In this document: positions 17,568 to 17,692 of the stretch, piece by piece
Layout of the letters: each line of letters starts with the position of its first letter
How positions within the stretch are numbered: position 1 is the first letter of the stretch
From: Bdellovibrionota bacterium
GTDB lineage: Bacteria > Bdellovibrionota_C > UBA2361 > OMIW01
Assembly: GCA_044345055.1 (NCBI GenBank)
Contig: JBIJBT010000060.1
Span: forward strand, 1 to 17,692
Length of the DNA stretch: 17,692 nt
Reading direction: 5' to 3'
Program-made: the position numbers and the translations under genes
Notes under the pieces: model-generated
The model's database searches: none
The model's input: the letters and a program-made list of their open reading frames with translations, nothing else
Told to the model about the DNA's origin: nothing

Positions 17568-17692
17568 GAAGTTCCCCGCCCCAACCAACATAACCCCCTA
17601 AAATCCGACACTAAATCCATATCCAAGTAGCGTTCTACTGTCTACAAAGTGACATTCAATAGCTGAAAAGCCTTGAGTTGAAGTTCGGTTGG

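Overview
Bacterial chromosomal window from a Gram-negative, LPS-producing organism; the gene order suggests a deltaproteobacteria/Bdellovibrionota-like lineage (inference). The right half is a housekeeping operon on the minus strand: pyrG-kdsA-lptC-lptA-(RNA methyltransferase)-lptB-rpoN-hpf, with panC divergent. The centre holds tRNA-Thr(CGT), one membrane-protein gene, a divergent 3' fragment of a second tRNA-Thr(CGT), and a gene for an XRE-HTH protein with two AT-hooks. To the left, on the plus strand, are a TrmJ-like methyltransferase, a TerC/Alx protein and a stand-alone MnmC oxidase domain. The most unusual element is a translationally coupled gene pair at 430-3086 that appears built from HigB/HigA toxin-antitoxin folds: a 506-aa protein (HigB-like, HigA-like HTH, helical, HigB-like) followed by a 379-aa HigA fused to HEAT-like repeats, then an NfeD-like gene running off the window. 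All domain calls are by-eye motif recognition; no searches were run.
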